Below are positions 47,614-56,898 of a stretch of 64,000 bases of DNA, piece after piece. The stretch covers positions 224,001 to 288,000 of the forward strand of contig CAVSCK010000004.1 of the NCBI GenBank assembly GCA_963726455.1, given 5' to 3'. The notes under the pieces were generated by a model. That model was not told the origin of the DNA, did no database searches, and saw only the letters and a list, made by a program, of their open reading frames with translations. Made by a program: the position numbers and the translations under genes. Within the stretch, counting starts at the first letter, position 1, and the number at the start of each line of letters is the position of its first letter. The stretch is from an uncultured bacterium (GTDB lineage: Bacteria > Zixibacteria > MSB-5A5 > CAIYYT01).

Positions 47614-48000
47614 ATGACTTTGGGCACGGTACTTGTTGCTGAAGATGACAGTCTGATCAGGGCGGTTTTCGCCGATATAGTGCGAAATGAAGGTTTCGAT
47701 CTTGTGGAAGTTGACGACGGAGAGCGCGCACTCCAGGTGGTGAACTCGCGCCAGATCGACATGATCGTCACCGACATGAAAATGCCGGTCATGGACGGAT
47801 TTGACCTGTTGGTGGCGGTCAAAAAGGCGCACCCTGAAATTCCCATTACGGTTATTACCGGATTCAATAGCGAATATCGCGAAACGGAAGCTCTGGCGGC
47901 CGGCGCCGACGCCTACATTACCAAGCCATTCAAAGTCTCCGATGTCGCGGAGACATTACGTGCCATGCACAAGAAAGTCAAGCCGGGTACCGAAAAGTAA
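47614..48000 (+). CDS. Single-domain response regulator
   Basis: VAEDD, VTDMKMPVMDG, ITG, YITKPF. Confidence 0.93.
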   Translation: MTLGTVLVAEDDSLIRAVFADIVRNEGFDLVEVDDGERALQVVNSRQIDMIVTDMKMPVMDGFDLLVAVKKAHPEIPITVITGFNSEYRETEALAAGADAYITKPFKVSDVAETLRAMHKKVKPGTEK

Positions 48001-48039
48001 GTCTCGATACCGGTGACGCCAAGCTGAGCACCTACACGG

Positions 48040-48900
48040 CTAGTTGACAAGGCCGATCAATTCCATAACCAAACCAGCCGAATTTGCCGCTGCAATCTTG
48101 AAAAATTGATCCAACTGTGCCTCTGCCGTGGCGTCCTTGGCGCCGCCGGCGAGATCGGACGCCGAACGGATGATCACAAACGGGACGCCATTTACAGTGC
48201 ATACCTGAGCCACAGATGCGGATTCCATGTCCGTCACCAGTGCGCCAAATCGTTTGTTCAGCCACAATCGCTTTTCGGCATTGTCGATGAATGAGTTTCC
48301 GCTAACGCCGGTTCCGCCGACCAGGATGCGCGGCGCCCGTGCGCCCACATTCTGCAAGTTCAAACTGGCGGCCTTGATGCCTGCCGCTCTTGCGACCAGA
48401 CCGGTGTCGGCAGGAAAGGCCCAGAACGATTCAATGCTATCATTTCTGGCCGAATACGCGCGAATTGGCATCGGTTGGACACTGTCCGGGCCGGCGTAAA
48501 GCATGTCATGTGCGATCCAGGCCGAGCTTACGCAAAGATCACCGATGTGAACGGAGCTGTCGATAGCCCCGGCGATGCCGCTGAACACCAGCGCGCGCGG
48601 ATGAAAACGCGAAATCAATTCCTCTGTCGTCATTGCAGCATTGGTCATACCTACGCCTGATTCGGCAAGCACAACGTTCTTGCCGCTCAGAGTGCCCAGA
48701 TGCACGTCTCTTCCGAGAACGTGTACTGCGGAATCCGCCGTCATTTTACTGATCAGTACACGGCCCTCTTCGCCGAAAGCATACAGCACGAGTATGGGAC
48801 CATTGCTTTCCGCGAAGGCCCTGCAACTGACGGCTATTACCAGTATTACGATGGCGAGAAGTGAGAAGCTCCTTGGTAAACGCGATCTGGATTGTTTCAT
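48040..48900 (-). CDS. mtnN: 5'-methylthioadenosine/SAH nucleosidase with N-terminal signal peptide
   Basis: AFGEE, SGVGMTNAA, SGIAGA, TDMESASVAQV, IRSASDLAG. Confidence 0.85.
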   Translation of the reverse strand: MKQSRSRLPRSFSLLAIVILVIAVSCRAFAESNGPILVLYAFGEEGRVLISKMTADSAVHVLGRDVHLGTLSGKNVVLAESGVGMTNAAMTTEELISRFHPRALVFSGIAGAIDSSVHIGDLCVSSAWIAHDMLYAGPDSVQPMPIRAYSARNDSIESFWAFPADTGLVARAAGIKAASLNLQNVGARAPRILVGGTGVSGNSFIDNAEKRLWLNKRFGALVTDMESASVAQVCTVNGVPFVIIRSASDLAGGAKDATAEAQLDQFFKIAAANSAGLVMELIGLVN

Positions 48901-49134
48901 ATCTTACCGGCCTTTCACTGATCCGACCTACCAGAGGTTCGTCAGATTGTGTCAATAGTCTTGCTGCTTAAGAAAATCCGTTTCAAGTCAAAATGGTACT
49001 TGATTTTTGACGGCCATTGAACAAAATCATCATTAGATCTATCTGGCGAACTTCGGGGTTAGGCGATAGCGGACGTGCAATACCGGCCAGCTTGATCGTT
49101 GACAGAGAACGACAGTAGATATGGTGAGGGAAAT

Positions 49135-49641
49135 ATGACAGATAGCAATCTTACTGAGACGTTGCTGAAGGCCATGAAAGCAGAGCGCGACGGACATAGT
49201 TTCTATATGATGGCAGCCGGAAGCACCGGCGATCCGAAAGGGAGAACAGTCTTCGAGACGCTCGCGAAGGAAGAACTCGATCATTTGCAGTTCCTGAGAG
49301 AGCATTATGATTCAATTGCGAAAACGGGGCAACTTAGCCAGACTGCCCGGCTGCATGCCAGACTGAATCTGGAAGGACCATCGCCGCTTTTCTCCGAAGG
49401 CATACAGAAGCGGATCAATGATGCGCATTATGAAATGAGCGCCCTGTCGATCGGCATTCAATTGGAACTCGACTCGATGAACTTCTATCGCGCCCAATCA
49501 GGCATTGTTTCTGATCCAGCAGCTAAGAGGTTCTTCCTGGAATTGGCGAGCTGGGAAACGGGCCATTACCAGGCGCTCTTGCGGCAACAAGAAGAACTTA
49601 AGGACGACTACTGGACCAGTGCCGGTTTCTCGCCGTTCTAG
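49135..49641 (+). CDS. Ferritin-like (rubrerythrin family) diiron protein
   Basis: E..GHSFY..LAKEELDH and E..SMNFY..LASWETGH duplicated motifs. Confidence 0.88.
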   Translation: MTDSNLTETLLKAMKAERDGHSFYMMAAGSTGDPKGRTVFETLAKEELDHLQFLREHYDSIAKTGQLSQTARLHARLNLEGPSPLFSEGIQKRINDAHYEMSALSIGIQLELDSMNFYRAQSGIVSDPAAKRFFLELASWETGHYQALLRQQEELKDDYWTSAGFSPF

Positions 49642-49695
49642 TAGACGAGCTAAAACGTTATATCAATTAGGGCTCTGACAAAAGGAAGGTTAGCA

Positions 49696-49905
49696 ATGAA
49701 GTATGGCGCCAGAAATCAGATTGTTGGCAAGGTGACCGCTATTAAGAAAGGGTCGCTGATGTGCCAGGTCAGTCTTGCCATTCCGGCGGCTTCGAAGATG
49801 GCTTCAGTCATGACCCTTGATTCGCTGAAAGAACTAGGCCTGAAAAGGGGCGACAAAGTTCGCGTCGTGGTGAAGGCCATTAATGTTTTGCTGGTCAAAG
49901 AATAG
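49696..49905 (+). CDS. TOBE/Mop molybdate-binding protein
   Basis: GARNQIVGKV..SVMT..S..LGLKRGDKV..VKA. Confidence 0.9.
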   Translation: MKYGARNQIVGKVTAIKKGSLMCQVSLAIPAASKMASVMTLDSLKELGLKRGDKVRVVVKAINVLLVKE

Positions 49906-49984
49906 GCGGGGACCTGGCATCTGCTAAACTGATGAGCTGTATGACGACAGGCCGATTGAACTGTGGATACTGGACAAAAAAGCG

Positions 49985-50012
49985 TTGACATTTTCGAAAT
50001 TTCGTATAGAAT
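49985..50012 (+). promoter_or_regulatory. Sigma70 promoter of tRNA-Pro
   Basis: TTGACA-N16-TAGAAT. Confidence 0.75.
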
Positions 50013-50026
50013 GAGCGACGAACTGT

Positions 50027-50103
50027 CGGGGTGTAGCTCAGACTGGTAGAGCACTTGGTTCGGGACTAAGGGGCCGCTGGTTCAAATCCAGTCACCCCGA
50101 CCA
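50027..50103 (+). tRNA. tRNA-Pro (CGG) with encoded CCA
   Basis: CGGGGTG/CACCCCG acceptor stem, CTTGG-TT-CGG-GA-CTAAG, GGTTCAAATCC, ACCA end. Confidence 0.96.
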
Positions 50104-50291
50104 GTTTACAAGTGGGATCATAAGATTCCGCTTGGATTGTTGTCACAGGGAGTCGGGTTTTAGGACGAGGGAATGCACCGATTTGCCTCGAAACCCCTCC
50201 GGTGACAATATTGTATTAGACTTGAGAAGTATCTGTATCAAAGGCGGGTCTTCGTGCTATTCACAATGCTGTGTATTCGTATAGGGGGTAT

Positions 50292-51479
50292 ATGTATCCG
50301 ATTCTGACATTGAAACCGGGTAAGGAAGGCGCAATCGGATTTCGCCATCCCTGGGTATTTTCAGGCGCTTTGCAGGGTATTCCACGCGAAGTGCAACAGG
50401 GAACTATTGTGCACATCGCGGACCAAACCGGCAAGATCCTCGGCACCGGCACGTATTCCGCGCAGTCAATGATTGCCGTAAGGATCTTCGAATTCGGCGA
50501 ATGCTGCATCGACGACAACTGGTTTGTCGAACGAATTCGCTGTGCGCACCTGCGTCGTTGTCTTTACGGTTACGACGGCGCCGATCATAAGTCCGGCTAC
50601 CGAGTCGTATTCGGTGAATCAGATGGATTGCCGGGGCTGGTGGTCGACCGCTACGCTGATGTGTTGGTCGTCCAGATTGCCACCGCCGGCATGGAGAATC
50701 TTAAGCCGAGCATTATCGCGGCGCTTACCGAACTTTTCCATCCGCGAGCGATTGTGGAGCGAAGCGATTTGCCGGTTCGCCGGGACGAGGGCTTGGCGGA
50801 GGCAGCAGATCTTCTTCAAGGTGAAGAAGTTGATTGCGTCGAATTTTCGGAGAATCAATTGCGATTTGCAGCACAGGTCAAGACGGGACAGAAAACCGGA
50901 TTCTACCTTGACCAGCGCGATCTTCGGCAGGAAGTGCTGAAGCATGCCAGGGATCGAGAAGTGCTAAATCTCTTTTCGTATACCGGCAGCTTTGCCGTAT
51001 CCGCGTTGGCAGGGGGAGCCCGTTCGGTGCACAATGTTGACGGTTCGCAGCCGGCTTTGGATATGATACCGATGCAGGCATCGCTCAATAATTTGAGCAC
51101 AGACGCTATCACCTCGGAATGCGTCGATGTCTTCAACTGGTTGTCGACCCGAAACGACCCCAGCTATGATATGATCATCGTCGATCCGCCGGCGTTGATC
51201 AAGTCCCAGCGCGATACCGAAATCGGCCGCAAGGCCTATCATTTCTTGAATCGAGCGGCACTGCGCCTGGTGCGGGACAAAGGCATATTTATAACTTGTA
51301 GTTGCTCGTCTCATTACTCCGAGGATGATTTCGCCGTGATGTTGCGGCGTGCCTCGGTACAGGCGGGAGTGACGATCGACCTATTGAGGACCGTCCGGCA
51401 AGCCGCCGATCACCCGATTTCTATATATTTTCCGGAATCCTTCTACCTCAAGTCGTTTGTTTGCCTGATCAGGCGCTGA
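50292..51479 (+). CDS. rlmI: 23S rRNA m5C1962 methyltransferase RlmI-like
   Basis: HPWVF PUA domain, ESDGLPGLVVDRY, GQKTGFYLDQR, LNLFSYTG, VDPP, CSCS. Confidence 0.9.
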   Translation: MYPILTLKPGKEGAIGFRHPWVFSGALQGIPREVQQGTIVHIADQTGKILGTGTYSAQSMIAVRIFEFGECCIDDNWFVERIRCAHLRRCLYGYDGADHKSGYRVVFGESDGLPGLVVDRYADVLVVQIATAGMENLKPSIIAALTELFHPRAIVERSDLPVRRDEGLAEAADLLQGEEVDCVEFSENQLRFAAQVKTGQKTGFYLDQRDLRQEVLKHARDREVLNLFSYTGSFAVSALAGGARSVHNVDGSQPALDMIPMQASLNNLSTDAITSECVDVFNWLSTRNDPSYDMIIVDPPALIKSQRDTEIGRKAYHFLNRAALRLVRDKGIFITCSCSSHYSEDDFAVMLRRASVQAGVTIDLLRTVRQAADHPISIYFPESFYLKSFVCLIRR

Positions 51480-51550
51480 GCGTTTGCTTGAGATCTCGTC
51501 CTTTAGCTTGATTCCCGCCTCTCAGTCTGCTATTATCCCGTGGAGAAGCT

Positions 51551-52018
51551 ATGACAGGGAATACCAAACGATATATCGCAGTCATCGGCCGGCATGATTG
51601 CAGTGAGGAAGAGGCCAATCTCGCTTTCAATGTGGGCCGGTTGGTGGCGGAGGCCGGAGCCGTTCTGATTTGTGGCGGTTTGGGTGGAATCATGGAAGCC
51701 GCAAGCCGAGGCGCCAAGTCCGCGGGCGGAACGACAATTGGAGTACTACCGGGAACCTGCCGAGACGACGCGAACCCTTATATTGACCATGCCATCTGCA
51801 CCGGCATCAGGGAGGCGCGCAATCTCGCAATTGTGCTCACGGCTGACGGCGTAATTGCGTTGCCGGGAGAATTTGGCACCCTGTCGGAGATTTCGTTTGC
51901 GCTAAAGTATCGAAAGCCGGTAGTTTCTTTGCGCTCATGGAATGTATCGGAGCGTATCCTTCGTGCTGAGACGGCGGAGGAAGCTGTGGAGACAATCTTG
52001 CGGGAAGTGAACCGATGA
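51551..52018 (+). CDS. TIGR00725 family (LOG/SLOG-like) nucleotide-binding protein
   Basis: CGGLGGIMEAASRGA, TIGVLPG, ARN, GTLSEI. Confidence 0.88.
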   Translation: MTGNTKRYIAVIGRHDCSEEEANLAFNVGRLVAEAGAVLICGGLGGIMEAASRGAKSAGGTTIGVLPGTCRDDANPYIDHAICTGIREARNLAIVLTADGVIALPGEFGTLSEISFALKYRKPVVSLRSWNVSERILRAETAEEAVETILREVNR

Positions 52019-52296
52019 GTGAGCTTGCATGTGCCAGAGTGTTGTTGGATGGCAGAGTACAGGGGGTCGGGTTCCGATATTTCGTGACTTCGAAGGCGGC
52101 CGATTACGAGGTCGTCGGTTACGTTCGCAATCTTGACACGGGCGGTGTTGAGATCGAAGTTGAGGGGAAACGGGAGGTTATCAGTCAGTTTCTCCTGGAG
52201 ATAAAGCGCGGACCGAGTCATGGCGAGATTGCCAATTTTCAGGTAGAATGGAAACCGCACAAGAAACAATATGACCATTTCTTTGTGAAGTATTAA
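52015..52296 (+). CDS. acyP: Acylphosphatase
   Basis: GRVQGVGFR, GYVRN, GP. Confidence 0.93.
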   Translation: MSELACARVLLDGRVQGVGFRYFVTSKAADYEVVGYVRNLDTGGVEIEVEGKREVISQFLLEIKRGPSHGEIANFQVEWKPHKKQYDHFFVKY

Positions 52297-52298
52297 CT

Positions 52299-52820
52299 AT
52301 GGACTTGAAATCGAAGATCAGAGACGTTCGTGATTTCCCCAAGCCGGGGATCGTCTTTCGGGACATCACCACCCTGCTCAATGATTCCGCAGCCTTCGAG
52401 GAAGTGATTGACAAATTCTGCCTTCACTTCAAGAAGTATGATATTACCAAGGTCGGCGTCGTCGAATCACGCGGATTCATTTTTGGCGGACCGATAGCAT
52501 TGTCGCTGGGAGTCGGAATCGTGCCCATCAGAAAAGAGGGCAAACTGCCATACGAAACGATCTATCAATCATACGATCTGGAATACGGCACCGGCACACT
52601 GGAAATGCACAGTGACGCCCTTGGCGAAAAAGATCGGGTGTTGATCATTGACGATTTGTTGGCAACCGGTGGAACGGCGCTGGCGTCAGTTAAGTTGGTT
52701 GAGCGGCTGGGCGCCACGGTTGCGGGTCTCGGATTCCTGATCGAACTGTCATTTCTGAAGGGACGCGAGAAACTCAACGACTACGACGTCCTGACGTTGA
52801 TTCAGTACGACTCGGAATGA
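52299..52820 (+). CDS. apt: Adenine phosphoribosyltransferase
   Basis: DFPKPGIVFRDIT, ESRGF, RKEGKLP, LEYG, DDLLATGGT. Confidence 0.97.
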   Translation: MDLKSKIRDVRDFPKPGIVFRDITTLLNDSAAFEEVIDKFCLHFKKYDITKVGVVESRGFIFGGPIALSLGVGIVPIRKEGKLPYETIYQSYDLEYGTGTLEMHSDALGEKDRVLIIDDLLATGGTALASVKLVERLGATVAGLGFLIELSFLKGREKLNDYDVLTLIQYDSE

Positions 52821-52852
52821 CAGAGTGGCCGATTGGCATCAATGACATACTT

Positions 52853-52926
52853 GCCCTCGTAGCTCAGTTGGATAGAGCAAGGGTTTCCTAAACCCTAGGT
52901 CGCGCGTTCGAATCGCGCCGAGGGCA
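52853..52926 (+). tRNA. tRNA-Arg (CCT); CCA not encoded
   Basis: GCCCTCG/CGAGGGC acceptor stem, AGGGT-TT-CCT-AA-ACCCT, GTTCGAATC. Confidence 0.96.
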
Positions 52927-52960
52927 GAACTTCTGCCTCAGTATTTCTCTGTAGATTATT

Positions 52961-53902
52961 TCACTCAGTTGAAGACGCAGCCACATTCGTGGTGTCAACG
53001 AACGGGATACCGGCTTCGTTGTTCGCGGGTGTCTCCGTTTGCGGGGCGGGATTGGCATCAACCGTGTCACTCTCGTCGAGTACCACGTTCTTGTCAAGAT
53101 AATTGAGTCCGGAGAAATCGTTTACGACGATGATCGAAATACGCCGGTTGCGGGGATCTGATGGCCGTCCCGAAATCCTTGGCTCGGTATCGGCAAAACC
53201 ACGAACCTCGCTGATTTGACTGTAGTTGAGGCCGTTGCCGGTCATGTATCGTCTGGCGCTGTTACATCGGTCTGCCGAAAGCTCCCAGTTAGTGTAATTT
53301 GCATTCTGGGCGTATTGGAAATTATCAGTGTGGCCCTCGATAATGATCTTGTTGGGAAGCTTGCCAAGTTGCTGGGCAATGACACTCAGCAAGAGCTTGG
53401 TGTTGGGCTTGAGATCGGCAGAGCCCTTTTCAAAGAAGGTCTCACCCGACGAATCCAAGAGCTGTATCCGCAACCCTTCGGCCGTCATCTGGACTTCGAT
53501 TTGGTTCTTCAAAGTCGAAAAAGTCTGATCCTTTTGGAGAGCGTCCATGATCTCGGTTGCGGCCCGCGCCAATTGCTTGCGCGCCTCAATCTCCATCTGC
53601 TTACGACTCAGCTCCTTGGTCATTGAGTTCTTACTTTTCATCTCGATAATCGAGTTGCCTTGCTTGGGCAGAATCGAACTGGAACCACCCTTCTTGAAGC
53701 CCGTAGGATCCTGAAAATAGCCGGCTACGTTTTCTTTAACAGCAGGAGATTGATTCACGAGCCACATCACAAGAAAGAACGCCATCATTGACGTGGTGAA
53801 GTCAGCGTAAGCAACTTTCCAGGAGCCACCATGGTGACCGCCGCCATGGCCGCCTTTCTTCTGTACGATTATTACCGGTTCTTGCTGGTCTTTCTCGCGC
53901 AT
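52961..53902 (-). CDS. motB: Flagellar stator protein MotB (enteric/H+ type)
   Basis: HHGGSWKVAYADFTTSMMAFFLVMW; EGHTD, NWELSADR, NRRI OmpA-like domain. Confidence 0.95.
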   Translation of the reverse strand: MREKDQQEPVIIVQKKGGHGGGHHGGSWKVAYADFTTSMMAFFLVMWLVNQSPAVKENVAGYFQDPTGFKKGGSSSILPKQGNSIIEMKSKNSMTKELSRKQMEIEARKQLARAATEIMDALQKDQTFSTLKNQIEVQMTAEGLRIQLLDSSGETFFEKGSADLKPNTKLLLSVIAQQLGKLPNKIIIEGHTDNFQYAQNANYTNWELSADRCNSARRYMTGNGLNYSQISEVRGFADTEPRISGRPSDPRNRRISIIVVNDFSGLNYLDKNVVLDESDTVDANPAPQTETPANNEAGIPFVDTTNVAASSTE

Positions 53903-53912
53903 GGTCTACACG

Positions 53913-54770
53913 CTATCTCGATCTGGTTTCGCGACAGGCGTTTTCGACTTCTTCGAAGGTGGGGCGTGTCGAACCATAGATCGCGCGGCGCGCAAACTCA
54001 ACCGCGATCGAAGCCGCAAAACCCTTCTGGAATCCCAGCATGCCTTGCTTAAGGCACTCGTAGTAGCGGCTCGATTCATCAGTCAGTCCCTGAATATTGC
54101 GGGACACAGGGCCGAATAGGCCGTAGCAAAGAAGAATACCGAGGAACGTTCCGACCAGTGCCGCCGCCACTTTTTCGCCGATTTGCTCCGGCGGGCCGTT
54201 CAGCGCACCCATGGTGATAATAATACCGAGCACTGCGGCAACAATACCAAAGCCGGGCAATGAATCGGCCATATTTTGAATCGAATCGGCGGGCTTTACT
54301 TCTTCGCCATGATGAGTCTCCAGGTCCAGTTCCATCAGTGCCTGGAGGTCGGTGGCGGATATGGCGCCGGTGATAATCACGCGCATCGTGTCGGAGAAGA
54401 AATGCACCGCATGATGATCTTTGAGGAAATCGGGATACTTCTTAATGATCGGTGATTCGAATGGCTTTTCGATGTGAGTCTCGAGTCCGACCAGTCCATC
54501 CTTACGGGCGACGTTGAAGATTTCATACATCATTACCAGCAGGTCGAGGAAATACTTCTTGGACGGTCCGGCTCCGAAAATCTTCGGCAGTTGTTGGGCC
54601 ATCTTCTTCATGGTGGACAGCGGCGTGCCTACCAGGATCGATCCAACAGCAGCCGCCAGCATGATGACAAATTCCGCCGGCTGCACCAATACCGCCATCG
54701 GACCGCCTTCCATGAGGAAACCGCCGATAATCCCACCGAAGACTACGAGTATTCCAATGATTGCAAACAT
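53913..54770 (-). CDS. motA: Flagellar stator protein MotA (enteric/H+ type)
   Basis: QPAEF, LPGFGIVAAVLG, AALVGTFLGILLCYG, AVEFARR. Confidence 0.95.
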   Translation of the reverse strand: MFAIIGILVVFGGIIGGFLMEGGPMAVLVQPAEFVIMLAAAVGSILVGTPLSTMKKMAQQLPKIFGAGPSKKYFLDLLVMMYEIFNVARKDGLVGLETHIEKPFESPIIKKYPDFLKDHHAVHFFSDTMRVIITGAISATDLQALMELDLETHHGEEVKPADSIQNMADSLPGFGIVAAVLGIIITMGALNGPPEQIGEKVAAALVGTFLGILLCYGLFGPVSRNIQGLTDESSRYYECLKQGMLGFQKGFAASIAVEFARRAIYGSTRPTFEEVENACRETRSR

Positions 54771-55038
54771 GAATGTTCCTCTGCCCTCAATAGATTGTTG
54801 CTATCACTCTGATTTATTCGTCAGGTTTTGTAAAAAGTCGAATGCAATTCCCAAGAAAAGCGGCTGCCGGAGGCAACTTGCACGGCGCAGGTGGCTCTGA
54901 GTGCGAAGACAACGGTATCCACTCTCAATCTGGGGCGAACCGCGTGAAAGGAATATTTGACTGTTTCGGAGTGAATCAGCTTTCGGCCGTCTTGCGACAA
55001 AACGCTGATTTCAGTAAAGAAACCACTGTTTCAGTGTT

Positions 55039-55065
55039 TCAAGTATTTCGTTGTGCTGCCGATAC
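55039..55065 (+). promoter_or_regulatory. Sigma28 (FliA)-type promoter for the second motAB pair
   Basis: TCAAG-N14-GCCGATAC. Confidence 0.7.
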
Positions 55066-55151
55066 TTTGAAGAAGCAGGCGGAAAATGCCGCCAAAACAT
55101 TGATGTTGTTTTGAAACAGGAGTTTACTTGCTGACCGTCAAGCGTGATACC

Positions 55152-55919
55152 ATGGCTCTCGACATAGCCACGCTCGCCGGACTTATCGTTGGTGTCGGCG
55201 CAATACTGATTTCGTTTCTGATGGAAGGGGGCTCACTCAATTCCATCTTCCAGATTCCGGCAATCATGATCGTGATTTTCGGTACGCTCGGCGCCGGAAT
55301 GATAACCACGTCGATTAAGACGGTCGTCGCAATTCCGACCTACCTGCGGATCGCGTTTTTCGGAAAATCGATTGATGCCATTGCCACGATAGATCAAGTC
55401 GTCTGGATGGCCGAGAAGGCGCGGCGCGACGGAATACTCGGACTCGAAAAACATGTAAATGACGCCTCCATACCTTTCTTCCGCAAAGCGCTGCAATTGC
55501 TGGTGGACGGTACGGAAGTAACAGCATTGCGGGACATTCTGGAGACAGAGATTTCGTACGTCGAAGAACGGCATCGTCAGGGAATCGAACTGTTCAAGAA
55601 GCTCGGCGGCTTTTCGCCGACGCTGGGTATTATTGGCACGGTGCTGGGCTTGATTCACACGCTATCGAATACGACGGATACCTCACGGATGGCGACCGGA
55701 ATTGCCTCGGCCTTCATTGCGACACTCTGGGGTGTCTGCATGGCGAACCTGTTCTATTTGCCGGTCGGCGACAAACTGCGGCACCGGCACATCGACGAGA
55801 TGACTAACCTCGATCTTATTCTCGAAGGAGTCGTGGCGATACAGTCCGGCGAAAATCCGCGCATGATTCGAACCAAGCTGATGTCATTTGTAAACCCGCC
55901 CGCCAGATCGGGAATGTAA
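55152..55919 (+). CDS. motA: Second flagellar stator A subunit (MotA/PomA/MotP family)
   Basis: ARRDGILGLE, LQLLVDG, SPTLGIIGTVLGL, AFIATLWG, IQSGENPR. Confidence 0.92.
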   Translation: MALDIATLAGLIVGVGAILISFLMEGGSLNSIFQIPAIMIVIFGTLGAGMITTSIKTVVAIPTYLRIAFFGKSIDAIATIDQVVWMAEKARRDGILGLEKHVNDASIPFFRKALQLLVDGTEVTALRDILETEISYVEERHRQGIELFKKLGGFSPTLGIIGTVLGLIHTLSNTTDTSRMATGIASAFIATLWGVCMANLFYLPVGDKLRHRHIDEMTNLDLILEGVVAIQSGENPRMIRTKLMSFVNPPARSGM

Positions 55920-55922
55920 TTC

Positions 55923-56774
55923 ATGGCAAGGCGCAAGAGAGTTGACGATAGCGAGAATACTGATCGCTGGCTTCTGACCTATGCCGATCTGCTCACGCTG
56001 TTGCTAGCGTTCTTCGTAATCATGTACTCCATGTCACGCATCGACGCCAAGCGATTCGGCAAGATGAGCGAGCATTTGCAGGGCGCGTTTCATCAGAGCG
56101 AATCGGAAGACCCAACTGCCGTCAACCAGGCCGACCTCGGAGCCGGAACTTTCAAGATTGGGCGGTTGAAAACGATCGCACAGCACTTGAGATCAACGTT
56201 AGGGACGGTACCGGATCGCTCGAGCATGGGCGGCCAGGGGATTCCAATGACTCGTGCTGATTCCAGTGACGCTCCGCCGGGATTCTCGGCCACGGAACCG
56301 ATTTCAGTGGAAATCAATGAACGGGGGTTGGTCATTCACGTGCTGGAATCGACACTGTTCGAATCGGCGCAGGCAACACTCAGGCCGGAAGCGCTTGATG
56401 TGCTTGACCGCATCGGCAAAGAGATTCGCGACATTCCGAATCAGATTCGTGTGGAAGGGCATACCGACGACCGGCCGATCAACACGGCGCGATTTCCCTC
56501 CAACTGGGAATTGTCATCAGCGCGCGCGACATCCGTGGTGCGCTACTTCATCGACAAGTACAGTTTTCCACCTGACCGCCTCTCGGCGCTGGGGTTCGGG
56601 GAATTTCGGCCAATGGTTACCAATAATTCTGACGCCAACCGCGCGAAGAATCGTCGCGTCGACATTGTGGTGCTAACCGACAATCTGTCCAGGTTTGAAC
56701 CGGCGCCGGTCGACAGTATCGATCAGCTAGGCGCCCGTCGAAGAGAACAATTTTCAAGCGACCTTGGAAGATAA
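55923..56774 (+). CDS. motB: Second flagellar stator B subunit (MotB/PomB family)
   Basis: RWLLTYADLLTLLLAFF; VEGHTD, SNWELSSARA, NRRVDI. Confidence 0.92.
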   Translation: MARRKRVDDSENTDRWLLTYADLLTLLLAFFVIMYSMSRIDAKRFGKMSEHLQGAFHQSESEDPTAVNQADLGAGTFKIGRLKTIAQHLRSTLGTVPDRSSMGGQGIPMTRADSSDAPPGFSATEPISVEINERGLVIHVLESTLFESAQATLRPEALDVLDRIGKEIRDIPNQIRVEGHTDDRPINTARFPSNWELSSARATSVVRYFIDKYSFPPDRLSALGFGEFRPMVTNNSDANRAKNRRVDIVVLTDNLSRFEPAPVDSIDQLGARRREQFSSDLGR

Positions 56775-56854
56775 TTCCGCTCAGTAGTTTGGCCCGTCTA
56801 AAGCGAGTCACTTAACCTGTATGGCTCGCAATCACTTAACCGACCTCTTTCAAC

Positions 56855-56870
56855 TTGGCACGCCGCTTGT
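56855..56870 (+). promoter_or_regulatory. Sigma54 (-24/-12) promoter upstream of flgB
   Basis: TTGGCACG-N4-TTGT (consensus TGGCACG-N4-TTGC), about 30 nt before the flgB start. Confidence 0.65.
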
Positions 56871-56898
56871 ATTCTCTCTAGCGGGAGAATAATGGCCT

